From: Candidatus Obscuribacteraceae bacterium
GTDB taxonomy: Bacteria > Cyanobacteriota > Vampirovibrionia > Obscuribacterales > Obscuribacteraceae
NCBI GenBank assembly: GCA_044226015.1
Contig: JBGAHS010000002.1
Location: forward strand, 1,203,435 to 1,267,434
Direction: 5' to 3'
DNA: 64,000 nt
How positions within the stretch are numbered: the stretch's first letter is position 1; each line of letters starts with the position of its first letter. Both the position numbers and the translations under genes were made by a program. The notes below the pieces were generated by a model that did not search any database, was not told the origin of the DNA, and saw only the letters and a program-made list of their open reading frames with translations. Shown here one piece after another: positions 9,089-17,361 of this stretch.

Positions 9089-11029
9089 ATGAATAGCTAT
9101 TTTTTGACTCGTCTTAGCAGCGAGCAGAAGAAAAAATTGGATGAGAAATCCATTGCCTACTTTGAATTCGCCCTCGGCGATGAGAATGGTTTGCTCCTGC
9201 AAGCTGACGCCATGGAATCAGCCCTGGAGGTTCTAGAGCTGATTGCGGAAGAACAAGTTGCCACAAACTACGAAGGTATTTTTCGTACCAGGGTAAGAGC
9301 TACTCACTCCGAACTCGCCTCAGCTGCGAACGTGGGCTCCTGGAAAGGCAAGAACAAGCATGGCATGTTGCAGATAGTTCAACAGCTGTTCTTGCCATAC
9401 TTGCAAAAACAGATCGTTTTGGAAAATCGCCACGGAGTTGTTGCACCCATCAACGATGGCAACTTCCACATTCACATCTACTCTGCACCTGTCAAAACAT
9501 CAGGTTGCAACACTCCCAAAACGATCTGGGGAATTCCCACTCAGTCCTCTAGCAATTCCTGGAGTCCAAGCGGCAAAGGGACTTGCTTCTACGACGGCAA
9601 ATACGCCGTTGCAGAACTTCTCGAGCAGAACAATCTGTATGTTTTCCATAATCTAGCGGAGAGTGGAAATGTTAATGAGGAGATGCTGTTCTCAGTTCTC
9701 CTCGATCGTGTTTTGCAACACCTGCAGCCTGAGCAATCAGAAGCCCAGGCAAAGCACCTGTTTATCGATGCTTGTTCGTACTTTCGCTGCGCTGGACTCA
9801 CCGAAGCCAGCGGTTCTGCCGACGAGCTTCAGGTATCAATCCGAGAGCTTAAGAAAGAGTTGAAGAAATGCTCACGCGCAGCCGCTGCTGAAGAACTCAA
9901 ACTTCTTCGCAATGAGAAAATTTCAACTGATGAAATCTTTGCAGCGGAATACGAGAATCTTCTCAAAGTTCCAAAAGTAACAGATGTTCAAGTTGAAAAC
10001 GGCGTCATCATCGTTTCAACAGAAGTACTTTACGCAAAGGATCCGCGATCGGACAAATATCACGAGATTGGCGCATTCAAGATTCACCTTTCACCCGAAA
10101 ATGAGAGCCCCCGCTGGTTCAATCAGACGCGGCTGGTAAAATCAATTGGTACGAAACCAATGCAAGCGGTGCACGTCTTTAACAGCGGCATGGCCTGCCT
10201 CGGAAACACAGAAGCCTTGTTCAAAGACTTGTTTAAGCAGCGAGAATGGGCGCTCGCAGCGCAGGTAGCCATAGAATTTGCCGAGAGCGTAAATCAGCGT
10301 CAGCGCGACAATGCTGGTTTACATGTAACCGAGTGGCCGGAAGCTGCTGATGCTGATGTTGCGCGCCGCGATAAACGCATCAGTCGACCCAAAAAGTTAA
10401 CTGATGCACAACTCGCGTACAAGCCGCAGTACATCTCTGCTTGTGCCGATCGTGTGAACTCGCTGATTAAAGATTCTCTCTGTCAGATCGAATCGATACG
10501 CAGAACAGTTGAAGAACTTCAAGCTGAGCTCGTTTCCCTTTTGCGGAACCGCGCCTCAAAATTGAAACAGGCGACTCGTAAGAAACTCTGCAATCGAGAT
10601 GAAATTGCAGCGGAATTCGACGCGCTGTTAAGAGTCCCGAAAGTAACTGGCGTTCGTGTACAAGATCGCAGTGTCACAATTTCGACTGAGACACTGTTTT
10701 GCACCTGTCCAAATTCCAAACTCAAACGAGAAATTGGCAGTTTCCTGATCAAAATCAATCTGGATGGAAGCGGAGATTGCGTGCGCTGGATAAATACCAG
10801 CCGCCAGGTCAAAGCTCTCTTTCAGAAGCAAAACGCCGTCCGAGTGCTAAGTAGCGGGCGTGCGCTGTTCAGCGATATTCGCGAATCCTTCCCGGATCTG
10901 ATTGCTGACTTCAAGTTGGCAATTCTTGCACAGCTGGCAATTGAATTCATCGAACAAATTGATGCCGATGAGCCAGCTTCCTCTTTCCTTGATCAATGGC
11001 CAGAGTCCCAAACCTCAGGAGCAATCTAA
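9089..11029 (+). CDS. Prokaryotic E2-fold protein with two tandem coiled-coil+E2 modules (first active-type, second inactive)
   Basis: RBS gggagg before ATG 9089; repeat period 223 aa; module 1 AVHVFNSGMACLGN (His and Cys, Cys codon 10196), module 2 AVRVLSSGRALFSD; adjacent JAB, ThiF and Ubl genes. Confidence 0.75.
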   Translation: MNSYFLTRLSSEQKKKLDEKSIAYFEFALGDENGLLLQADAMESALEVLELIAEEQVATNYEGIFRTRVRATHSELASAANVGSWKGKNKHGMLQIVQQLFLPYLQKQIVLENRHGVVAPINDGNFHIHIYSAPVKTSGCNTPKTIWGIPTQSSSNSWSPSGKGTCFYDGKYAVAELLEQNNLYVFHNLAESGNVNEEMLFSVLLDRVLQHLQPEQSEAQAKHLFIDACSYFRCAGLTEASGSADELQVSIRELKKELKKCSRAAAAEELKLLRNEKISTDEIFAAEYENLLKVPKVTDVQVENGVIIVSTEVLYAKDPRSDKYHEIGAFKIHLSPENESPRWFNQTRLVKSIGTKPMQAVHVFNSGMACLGNTEALFKDLFKQREWALAAQVAIEFAESVNQRQRDNAGLHVTEWPEAADADVARRDKRISRPKKLTDAQLAYKPQYISACADRVNSLIKDSLCQIESIRRTVEELQAELVSLLRNRASKLKQATRKKLCNRDEIAAEFDALLRVPKVTGVRVQDRSVTISTETLFCTCPNSKLKREIGSFLIKINLDGSGDCVRWINTSRQVKALFQKQNAVRVLSSGRALFSDIRESFPDLIADFKLAILAQLAIEFIEQIDADEPASSFLDQWPESQTSGAI

Positions 11030-12240
11030 TGTATTTTTCAAGAAGAGAACAGCCTCTTACACCCCACAGTTTCAATACGCAGGTCAGGTTTCTGCCCAAA
11101 GCAGAACCGAAGAAACCGCGAATTGTTCTTTCCCGACTAGCATTTGCACAGATGACTGTGTATGTGAAAATCGCACAGGAAGAAGTCGGTTGGATGGGCA
11201 CAGTGAAGCGCCTTCCAGATGGTGACTTTCTGATTGAAAAGTGTTTCTTGTTCAAGCAGAAGGTCCATGCAACTGAAACTGAAATCAGCACAGAAGGATT
11301 CTCTGAACTCTCAATGGAGCTGCTCAACACAGCGACTGATGACGAAGACGAATCGAACTGGGAGGTGAACAAGCTCCGTTTCTGGGGTCATTCACACGTC
11401 AGAATGGCTACAGGACCCTCAGACACAGACCAGCGTGCGATGCTCACCTCATTCGGCAAGGGACACTCTAACAACACCGGGCAGCTTCGTTTTTGCTTCG
11501 AAGAATGCGGTTATCCTTGGGTGATTCGCGGTATCTTCAACAAATTCGGTGAAGCGAACTTTGATGTTTATCTTTATTCTGAAGGCTTGCACTTTGCGGA
11601 CGTTGAGTGGACGGTAGAAGACCCTAGCGCAGAAGAGATTGCTTTACAGAAGCAGGTCGATACGCTCTGTTTAGCCATCCAAACAGGACTGTTTCCAAAT
11701 AAAGAAACAACAAAACCTGCCAAGGTTGCCACTCTCGGAGAGCCTGAGTCCGACTCAAGCGTCTGTCCTCAAAGGAAGAGTCCTAATACCTTCGGTTTTG
11801 GCATCGATCGTGAACTGAGGTATTGGCCTCACATTACTCCGGAATTGCGTACCGCCATTCAACAAGAATTCGACAAGAAGGTTGTAAGTGTGCGTCGTCA
11901 TTCAGAAGAGCCGCAGCAAACGAAATCCGGATGGCGGTCCATGTTTCAACAACGTACTAGCAGCGCACAGGTTCAAACCAACTCTGCAGATTCCTCAACT
12001 TCGACCGAGCAATATCCAAGCGAGTTCGGTGATGAAGTCTACGGGCGAGGCTCAGCTCCCGACATGGGCTCAGCCTCTGCAAGACCAGCTCTTCAAATCG
12101 GCAAAGAACATCGAGCCGAAACACCGCGAACAAATGAAGTGCGGTGGATTGCACCAAAACCAAAAGAAACGCCCAAAACGACCAGCATTTCTGAAACCTT
12201 GCGCACGGCATGGAGCGAGCTCCTCGACTTCCTCTCCTAG
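11029..12240 (+). CDS. JAB/MPN+ metallopeptidase with long disordered C-terminal tail
   Basis: EEVGW...WGHSHVRMATGPSDTD = E..HxH..PSxxD; ATG overlaps the upstream stop (taatg). Confidence 0.88.
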   Translation: MYFSRREQPLTPHSFNTQVRFLPKAEPKKPRIVLSRLAFAQMTVYVKIAQEEVGWMGTVKRLPDGDFLIEKCFLFKQKVHATETEISTEGFSELSMELLNTATDDEDESNWEVNKLRFWGHSHVRMATGPSDTDQRAMLTSFGKGHSNNTGQLRFCFEECGYPWVIRGIFNKFGEANFDVYLYSEGLHFADVEWTVEDPSAEEIALQKQVDTLCLAIQTGLFPNKETTKPAKVATLGEPESDSSVCPQRKSPNTFGFGIDRELRYWPHITPELRTAIQQEFDKKVVSVRRHSEEPQQTKSGWRSMFQQRTSSAQVQTNSADSSTSTEQYPSEFGDEVYGRGSAPDMGSASARPALQIGKEHRAETPRTNEVRWIAPKPKETPKTTSISETLRTAWSELLDFLS

Positions 12241-12315
12241 AACGGTCGATAGAGCTTAGTGTTCTCAGATTCTATTTCAACAAAAACCACACACACTTTT
12301 TTGAAAGTAGTACAC

Positions 12316-13002
12316 ATGATTGATACGCAACGACATCTGTCAGTTTTTGATCCAGATGCTTTTGGCAGCAAGATTGTCGACGTAATCGGTGTCGGTGCTA
12401 CCGGCTCGAAGGTTGTACTCAGCCTGGCTAAGCTGGGCATCCAAAACATTCGTGCATGGGACGCCGACGTTCTCGAAGCGCACAACATCTGCAACCAGGC
12501 ATACGCAAAAGAAGATATCGGCCTGAAAAAGGTCGAAGCTCTGAAGGAAATGGTCTGGCGCCAAGCCGGCTTGAACCTGGATGCAAGAGCTGAATATGTT
12601 GACGGCACACAAGAACTCGGTCCAATCGTATTCTTGCTAACCGACACTATGTCCTCCCGCAAGAAGATCTGGGAAGGCAGCTTGCGCTTCAAATCGCGTG
12701 TCAAGCTAGTGGTGGAAACCCGCCTTGGCGCTGAGTCGTCGTACATTTACAGTATCAACCCTTGCTCACTGCCTGAAGTACAGGGTTGGGAAAGCACACT
12801 CTGCGATGACGATAAAGTTGAGCGCTCCGCATGTGGAAGCAAGATTTCCGTCGGTCCCAGCGCTGGAATTCTCGCAGAGAAGGCTGTATGGCAATTGATT
12901 CGCTGGTTCGCCATCGAGAACGGTCAGGATGACGTTCTTGACCATGAGATCATCGAGTCCTTCCGTCCACCTGCAATCTACACCAGACAGTTCGAAGATT
13001 GA
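12316..13002 (+). CDS. ThiF/E1-like Ubl-activating enzyme
   Basis: VIGVGATGS (GxGxxG), DADVLEAHNICNQ, GLKKV, LTDT, ETRLG; candidate catalytic Cys in ERSACG (codon 12832); no CxxC Zn site. Confidence 0.9.
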   Translation: MIDTQRHLSVFDPDAFGSKIVDVIGVGATGSKVVLSLAKLGIQNIRAWDADVLEAHNICNQAYAKEDIGLKKVEALKEMVWRQAGLNLDARAEYVDGTQELGPIVFLLTDTMSSRKKIWEGSLRFKSRVKLVVETRLGAESSYIYSINPCSLPEVQGWESTLCDDDKVERSACGSKISVGPSAGILAEKAVWQLIRWFAIENGQDDVLDHEIIESFRPPAIYTRQFED

Positions 13003-13202
13003 GAGAATTTGACTCCAAACAGATCTTCATCAGCAGAACCGCCACCGCTATCGGTGGCTTAGCCTTCAACCGATAGCGCCTGGCGACGTTATCGACTGAA
13101 GACACAAAACTGGATGCGACAGCGCTCAGCTCTGCATCCAAGACAACTTAACTAAAAACTCTATCCAAGACATACTCATCCTTTACGAAAGAGCAGTTAA
13201 AC

Positions 13203-13457
13203 ATGTCCACTGAAAACAGTAATAAAAACGGTGTCGATAGCGCTCCTGAAATGCTCAGCGTGCGAGTCGGCAAAATGCCTGGCAACATCACAATCAAGAA
13301 GGTCTCCCCAGGCTCAACAGCGGCTGACGTGTTGCGCATGGCAGACCTTGACCCCAGCGACCACGAAGTGCGTGTCAATGGAGTTCCAGCCAACCTGACT
13401 CAAAAATTGCGGCACAACGATGCGGTGTTGTTGTTCAAGCCACTGGCCGGCAACTAG
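13203..13457 (+). CDS. Ubiquitin-like (beta-grasp) protein 1, C-terminus ...LAGN
   Basis: ThiS/MoaD/Ub-like pattern (GSTAADVL, VRVNG, LRHNDAVLL); directly follows E1. Confidence 0.85.
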   Translation: MSTENSNKNGVDSAPEMLSVRVGKMPGNITIKKVSPGSTAADVLRMADLDPSDHEVRVNGVPANLTQKLRHNDAVLLFKPLAGN

Positions 13458-13554
13458 CAAAACGACACGCATCAATTCTCAAGCAGGAGTGCCTTCTGAC
13501 ACTCCTGCAATCGATTCTACACATCCAAAACTATTGAAGGAAAAGAGATAAAGC

Positions 13555-14478
13555 ATGGGAACTTTCATTAATGTGTTCGTTCTTGGACCACTCCTGGGAC
13601 TGCTTACTATTCAGTTGCTGGCTCGGGTACACCAAATCAAGAATCGTGTTTTGCCGAAGCCCAAGAATGAGCTGCGAGTGCTAGTAAATGGCGTCGCTGT
13701 GATTTTCGAACTGATTGGCATGTGCGCAATCAGCATGTTTTTGGGCGCCGGAATTCTCGCTCTGTCAGTGCCAATGCTGTTGATCGCTCAGCTTATCATT
13801 GCCGGTGAAGATGCTGGCGAAGATAACGTCAAAGCAAAAATGGTTATTGAAACCTACCAGCGATGGTCTACCAGGTTCAAGCTCGTCGCCCAGATTACGT
13901 TCAATCATGGACGGGTGCTAGTACAATCGTACACAAGTAGCCGTTCTCCTCGATCCTCCGAGAACGCAACAGTCGGCACGACAGAAAAAACTCCTACCCG
14001 TGCTGAGCCGATTAGCTGCCCACGAAAACCATTGAGTGAGCAAGAATTGCTACAGCAACTGGTGGCAAAGGTTGCACAGTTACAACAATGGGCATCGCGC
14101 CCAGAATCTGACCGTGTAGCCGTTGCTGAACTGACAAAGCAGGCGCGCGACCTGGAGGAAGCACTCAATGCTGAAGTGCAAAAGCTTGAAACCGGCACCA
14201 CCGACTGGAAAGACATCTGCTCTCACATCGAAGGTCTAAACCGCCATCAGCTACCGGCAGAGCTATCCAGCGCACTCAATGAACTGGTTCAAGAGCGTGC
14301 CGCCAAGCTTGACACCAATCGGGATGATGTTGCTCTGCTTTCGAGCGAGTTGCGCGCCACAGCAGACAACCTGAAGCAAAAGCTCACCACGCGGTCTCTC
14401 TCTCCTGAAGAAGTGATCAGCTCTGCTAATGCAGCACTGGATTCGGCTGAGCAAGTCTGCTCAAAATCCCAAAGCTAA
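13555..14478 (+). CDS. Membrane protein (about 3 TM) with C-terminal coiled-coil domain homologous to downstream CC proteins
   Basis: Hydrophobic N-terminus; C-terminal LQQLVAKVAQLQ...SPEEVISSANAALDSAEQV aligns to LNDVLAQVQKLQ...SAEDAILDAEAAIAEAAQV. Confidence 0.75.
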   Translation: MGTFINVFVLGPLLGLLTIQLLARVHQIKNRVLPKPKNELRVLVNGVAVIFELIGMCAISMFLGAGILALSVPMLLIAQLIIAGEDAGEDNVKAKMVIETYQRWSTRFKLVAQITFNHGRVLVQSYTSSRSPRSSENATVGTTEKTPTRAEPISCPRKPLSEQELLQQLVAKVAQLQQWASRPESDRVAVAELTKQARDLEEALNAEVQKLETGTTDWKDICSHIEGLNRHQLPAELSSALNELVQERAAKLDTNRDDVALLSSELRATADNLKQKLTTRSLSPEEVISSANAALDSAEQVCSKSQS

Positions 14479-14514
14479 GTAGCACACAAGCACGATGACA
14501 TAGATTTCGTCTAA

Positions 14515-14572
14515 CAGCAGGTCGCAATGTCTGCTGGGCTCCCAAAAGGCAGGCCCAAACGGGCCTGTCTTT
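14515..14572 (+). other. Two-hairpin intergenic RNA element, copy 1
   Basis: cagcag/ctgctg stem and aaaggcaggccc-aaac-gggcctgtcttt stem; conserved with compensatory changes in copy 2. Confidence 0.55.
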
Positions 14573-14630
14573 CTGGAAATTTGTACACACTCAAAATGTT
14601 CACAAGCACACCTAACTGAAAGAACCGAAA

Positions 14631-15164
14631 ATGGGACTCTACACAGCCAAGACTAACTCAATGGAAGCGCTGAACGACGTACTGGCACAAGTACAAAAGC
14701 TCCAAGCAAATGTCGGTCTTACCGAGACAGAGCGAGCTGAACGTCAGCGCCTGCAAGCTGAAGTACAGTCAAAACAACAAGCCCTGCAAACAGCGACGCA
14801 GCGCCTGAAGTCTACGACTGAGATTTGCGAGCAAACCGCGGCACGTATCCAGACGATCGCTGATATCAGCGCTTCCCTTGGCACCGAAATGGCTGCATTG
14901 CCAACTGACCTGCAGACTCAATGCGCCGCCGTGAACGACCATTTGACTGGCTTGTCCTCTAAGCTGTCCGAACTGGCAAACTCATGCCAAAACGACAAAG
15001 CGACGGCAAGAGAAGTGGTCGAGCAAAAGAAAGGCGAACTCCAGTCTGCCAAGGAAGCTCTCCTCGCTGATATCAACAAGCAACGCCCTTCAGCTGAAGA
15101 CGCCATTCTTGATGCAGAAGCAGCAATCGCCGAAGCGGCACAAGTCTCATCGAACCAGGACTAA
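14631..15164 (+). CDS. Soluble coiled-coil protein CC1
   Basis: 177 aa, A/E/Q/L-rich heptads; near-identical paralog at 15711. Confidence 0.85.
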   Translation: MGLYTAKTNSMEALNDVLAQVQKLQANVGLTETERAERQRLQAEVQSKQQALQTATQRLKSTTEICEQTAARIQTIADISASLGTEMAALPTDLQTQCAAVNDHLTGLSSKLSELANSCQNDKATAREVVEQKKGELQSAKEALLADINKQRPSAEDAILDAEAAIAEAAQVSSNQD

Positions 15165-15251
15165 AGTTCCCGTCCGAGTTCAAATTCGCTCAGCCCATGT
15201 TTATTGCCTGTAACCATTTCACAAAATCCTCTTGTAACAGGACAGCTATAG

Positions 15252-15503
15252 ATGACCATCAACAAAAACAACAGCGGCGTTGAGCCCACTCCAGAGATGC
15301 TCAGTGTGCGAGTCGGCAAAATGCCTGGCAATATCACAATCAAGAAAGTCTCAACCGGTTCAACAGCTTCTGACGTGTTGCGCATGGCAGACCTTGATCC
15401 GACCGATCACGAAGTGCGTGTCAACGGAGTTCCTGCCAATTTGACTCAAGAGCTGCGTCATAACGATGCGGTGTTGTTATTCAAGCCTCTGGCGGGCAAC
15501 TAG
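15252..15503 (+). CDS. Ubiquitin-like protein 2, C-terminus ...LAGN
   Basis: 66/70 aa identical to Ubl1 from PEMLSV to the end, with many synonymous differences. Confidence 0.85.
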   Translation: MTINKNNSGVEPTPEMLSVRVGKMPGNITIKKVSTGSTASDVLRMADLDPTDHEVRVNGVPANLTQELRHNDAVLLFKPLAGN

Positions 15504-15554
15504 CAACAGGCTCTGCAGTCAGCTGAGCAAGTTTGCTCAAAATCCCAAAGCTAA
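15504..15554 (+). pseudogene. 3' remnant of a deleted second copy of the TM-coiled-coil gene
   Basis: Reads QQALQSAEQVCSKSQS*, versus NAALDSAEQVCSKSQS* at the end of 13555-14478. Confidence 0.75.
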
Positions 15555-15593
15555 GTTGTGCTTACAAAGCACAATGATATCGATTTGGTCTAA

Positions 15594-15652
15594 CAGCAGA
15601 TCGCAATGTCTGCTGGATTCCCAACAGACAGACCCAAACGGGTCTGTCTGTT
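15594..15652 (+). other. Two-hairpin intergenic RNA element, copy 2
   Basis: cagcaga/tctgctg stem and aacagacagaccc-aaac-gggtctgtctgtt stem. Confidence 0.55.
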
Positions 15653-15710
15653 TGCAAATTTGTACACAGTGTCAAATGTTCACAAGCACACCTAACTGAA
15701 AGAACCGAAA

Positions 15711-16241
15711 ATGGGACTCTACACCAAGGCTGACTCAATGGAAGCGCTGAACGACGTACTGGCTCAAGTAAAGAAGCTGCAAGCAGAAACCAGCCTCACC
15801 GAGACAGAGCGTGCTGAACGTCAGCGCCTGCAAGCTGAAGTACAGTCAAAACAACAAGCCCTGCAAACAGCGACGCAGCGCCTGAAGTCTACGACTGAGA
15901 TTTGCGAGCAGACCGCGGCACGTATCCAAACTATCGCTGACATTGCAGCGTCACTCAGCACCGAAATGGCTGCATTGCCAACGGACCTGCAGACTCAATG
16001 CACCGCCGTGAACGACCATTTGACCGGCTTATCCACTAAGTTGTCCGAACTGGCAAACTCATGTCAAAACGACAAATCGGCGGCCAGAGAAGCGGTAGAG
16101 CAAAAGAAAGGCGAGCTGCAGTCTGCAAAGGAAGCTCTCCTCGCTGATATCAACAAGCAACGCCCTTCAGCTGAAGACGCCATTCTTGATGCAGACGCAG
16201 CAATCGCCGAAGCAGCACGAGTCTCAGCGAACCAGAACTAA
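15711..16241 (+). CDS. Soluble coiled-coil protein CC2
   Basis: 176 aa, duplicate of CC1 including the upstream region (ctgaaagaaccgaaaatgggactc). Confidence 0.85.
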   Translation: MGLYTKADSMEALNDVLAQVKKLQAETSLTETERAERQRLQAEVQSKQQALQTATQRLKSTTEICEQTAARIQTIADIAASLSTEMAALPTDLQTQCTAVNDHLTGLSTKLSELANSCQNDKSAAREAVEQKKGELQSAKEALLADINKQRPSAEDAILDADAAIAEAARVSANQN

Positions 16242-16343
16242 AGTTCTCGCCTAGTTTACCCTGGCAAATAGCATCCAACTACATGAATGCTATTTGCCTC
16301 TCTACGAATTTCCACCAAATCCGTTAACAACGAAAGACATCAA

Positions 16344-17126
16344 ATGAGCCAATCATCCTATTTCCTGCCAGCCTTGACTGCCGCAGACGCACAAACCCTG
16401 GAAGCTGCTGGCTGCATCTGTGCATTGACCACAATCAACCATGAGACTGGATACATCATCAATCCTGGAGACCTGGAATTGGCAATCCAGCGCTTGAACG
16501 CCGTAGTCGATCAAATGAATTCGACAGGTCAGTTCGGCGTCATGCGCGTGACTCTCCTTCGCACAGACGTAGCGACGGCTCGCACGAAGCAGCGAGGCAC
16601 TTCTTCGAAAGATAGCTCTATGGAAGCGCTGTCCACTGTACTTGCCCAGGTGCAACGGCTTCAGGCGCAGGTCAATCTCACAGACACTGAACGTGATGAA
16701 CGTCTACGCTTACAAGCTGAAGTTCAGTCGAAACAGAAAGATCTGGAAACCGCAACTCAGCGCCTGAAGTCAACTGTTGCGATCTACAATCAAACCGCAG
16801 CGCGCATTCGTACAATCGCAGAAATTGCGGGTGCACTGGGCACAGAAATGGAAGCTTTGCCTGCTGAACTGCAGGGTCAATGCAGCTCTGTCAACGAGCA
16901 TCTAAACGGTCTGGCAGCCAAACTCACCGATCTGGCAAATTCCTGCCAAAACGACAAAGCCGCAGCGCTGCAAGCAGTCGAGGGAAAGAAATCCGAGCTT
17001 CAAGCCGCTAAGGATGCTCTGGTCAACGACATGAGCAAGAAACGAGTTTCGGCTGAAGAAGCCCTGCTCGATGCAGAAACCGCGCTCAACGACGCAGAGA
17101 GCGTCGCATTCAAGCAACAAAGTTGA
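16344..17126 (+). CDS. Coiled-coil protein CC3 with an N-terminal ~70-aa domain shared with the E2 protein
   Basis: From SMEAL onward it aligns with CC1/CC2; N-terminal SYFL..L domain aligns gaplessly to 9095-9304. Confidence 0.82.
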   Translation: MSQSSYFLPALTAADAQTLEAAGCICALTTINHETGYIINPGDLELAIQRLNAVVDQMNSTGQFGVMRVTLLRTDVATARTKQRGTSSKDSSMEALSTVLAQVQRLQAQVNLTDTERDERLRLQAEVQSKQKDLETATQRLKSTVAIYNQTAARIRTIAEIAGALGTEMEALPAELQGQCSSVNEHLNGLAAKLTDLANSCQNDKAAALQAVEGKKSELQAAKDALVNDMSKKRVSAEEALLDAETALNDAESVAFKQQS

Positions 17127-17197
17127 AGCAGCTTTGGCTTTCTATCTCTCTCGCCTGTCTTAACGACTTCCTCACTGGCTCGATGCGAGTGAGCTCA

Positions 17198-17230
17198 GGA
17201 AAAGACCGATGTTAATCGTCGGTCTTTTCC
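17198..17230 (+). terminator. Probable terminator closing the Ub-like operon
   Basis: ggaaaagaccga...tcggtcttttcc inverted repeat. Confidence 0.6.
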
Positions 17231-17361
17231 ATTATGATCAAAAATTGCCTACGAATTCCTGAATCGAAAGAAAACGGATCCGAACGGCAGAAAGGGCGCG
17301 AGCATTGCTTGCGTCCTTTCCTATTTTCCTTGAAAATGACTTTTGAATGAAAGAGTTACTT

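Noticed and set aside
12316..13457. ThiF + ThiS/MoaD as a thiamine or molybdopterin sulfur relay
   Set aside because: No thiG, moaE, rhodanese or cysteine synthase nearby; E2-fold and JAB neighbours point to protein conjugation
15501..15554. Programmed TAG read-through fusing Ubl2 to the in-frame remnant
   Set aside because: An in-frame junction has a one-in-three chance; Ubl1 has the same tagcaa context with unrelated downstream sequence; best explained as a deletion scar
14631..17126. Annotating the CC proteins as PspA/ESCRT-III
   Set aside because: No diagnostic motif visible; kept only as a hypothesis
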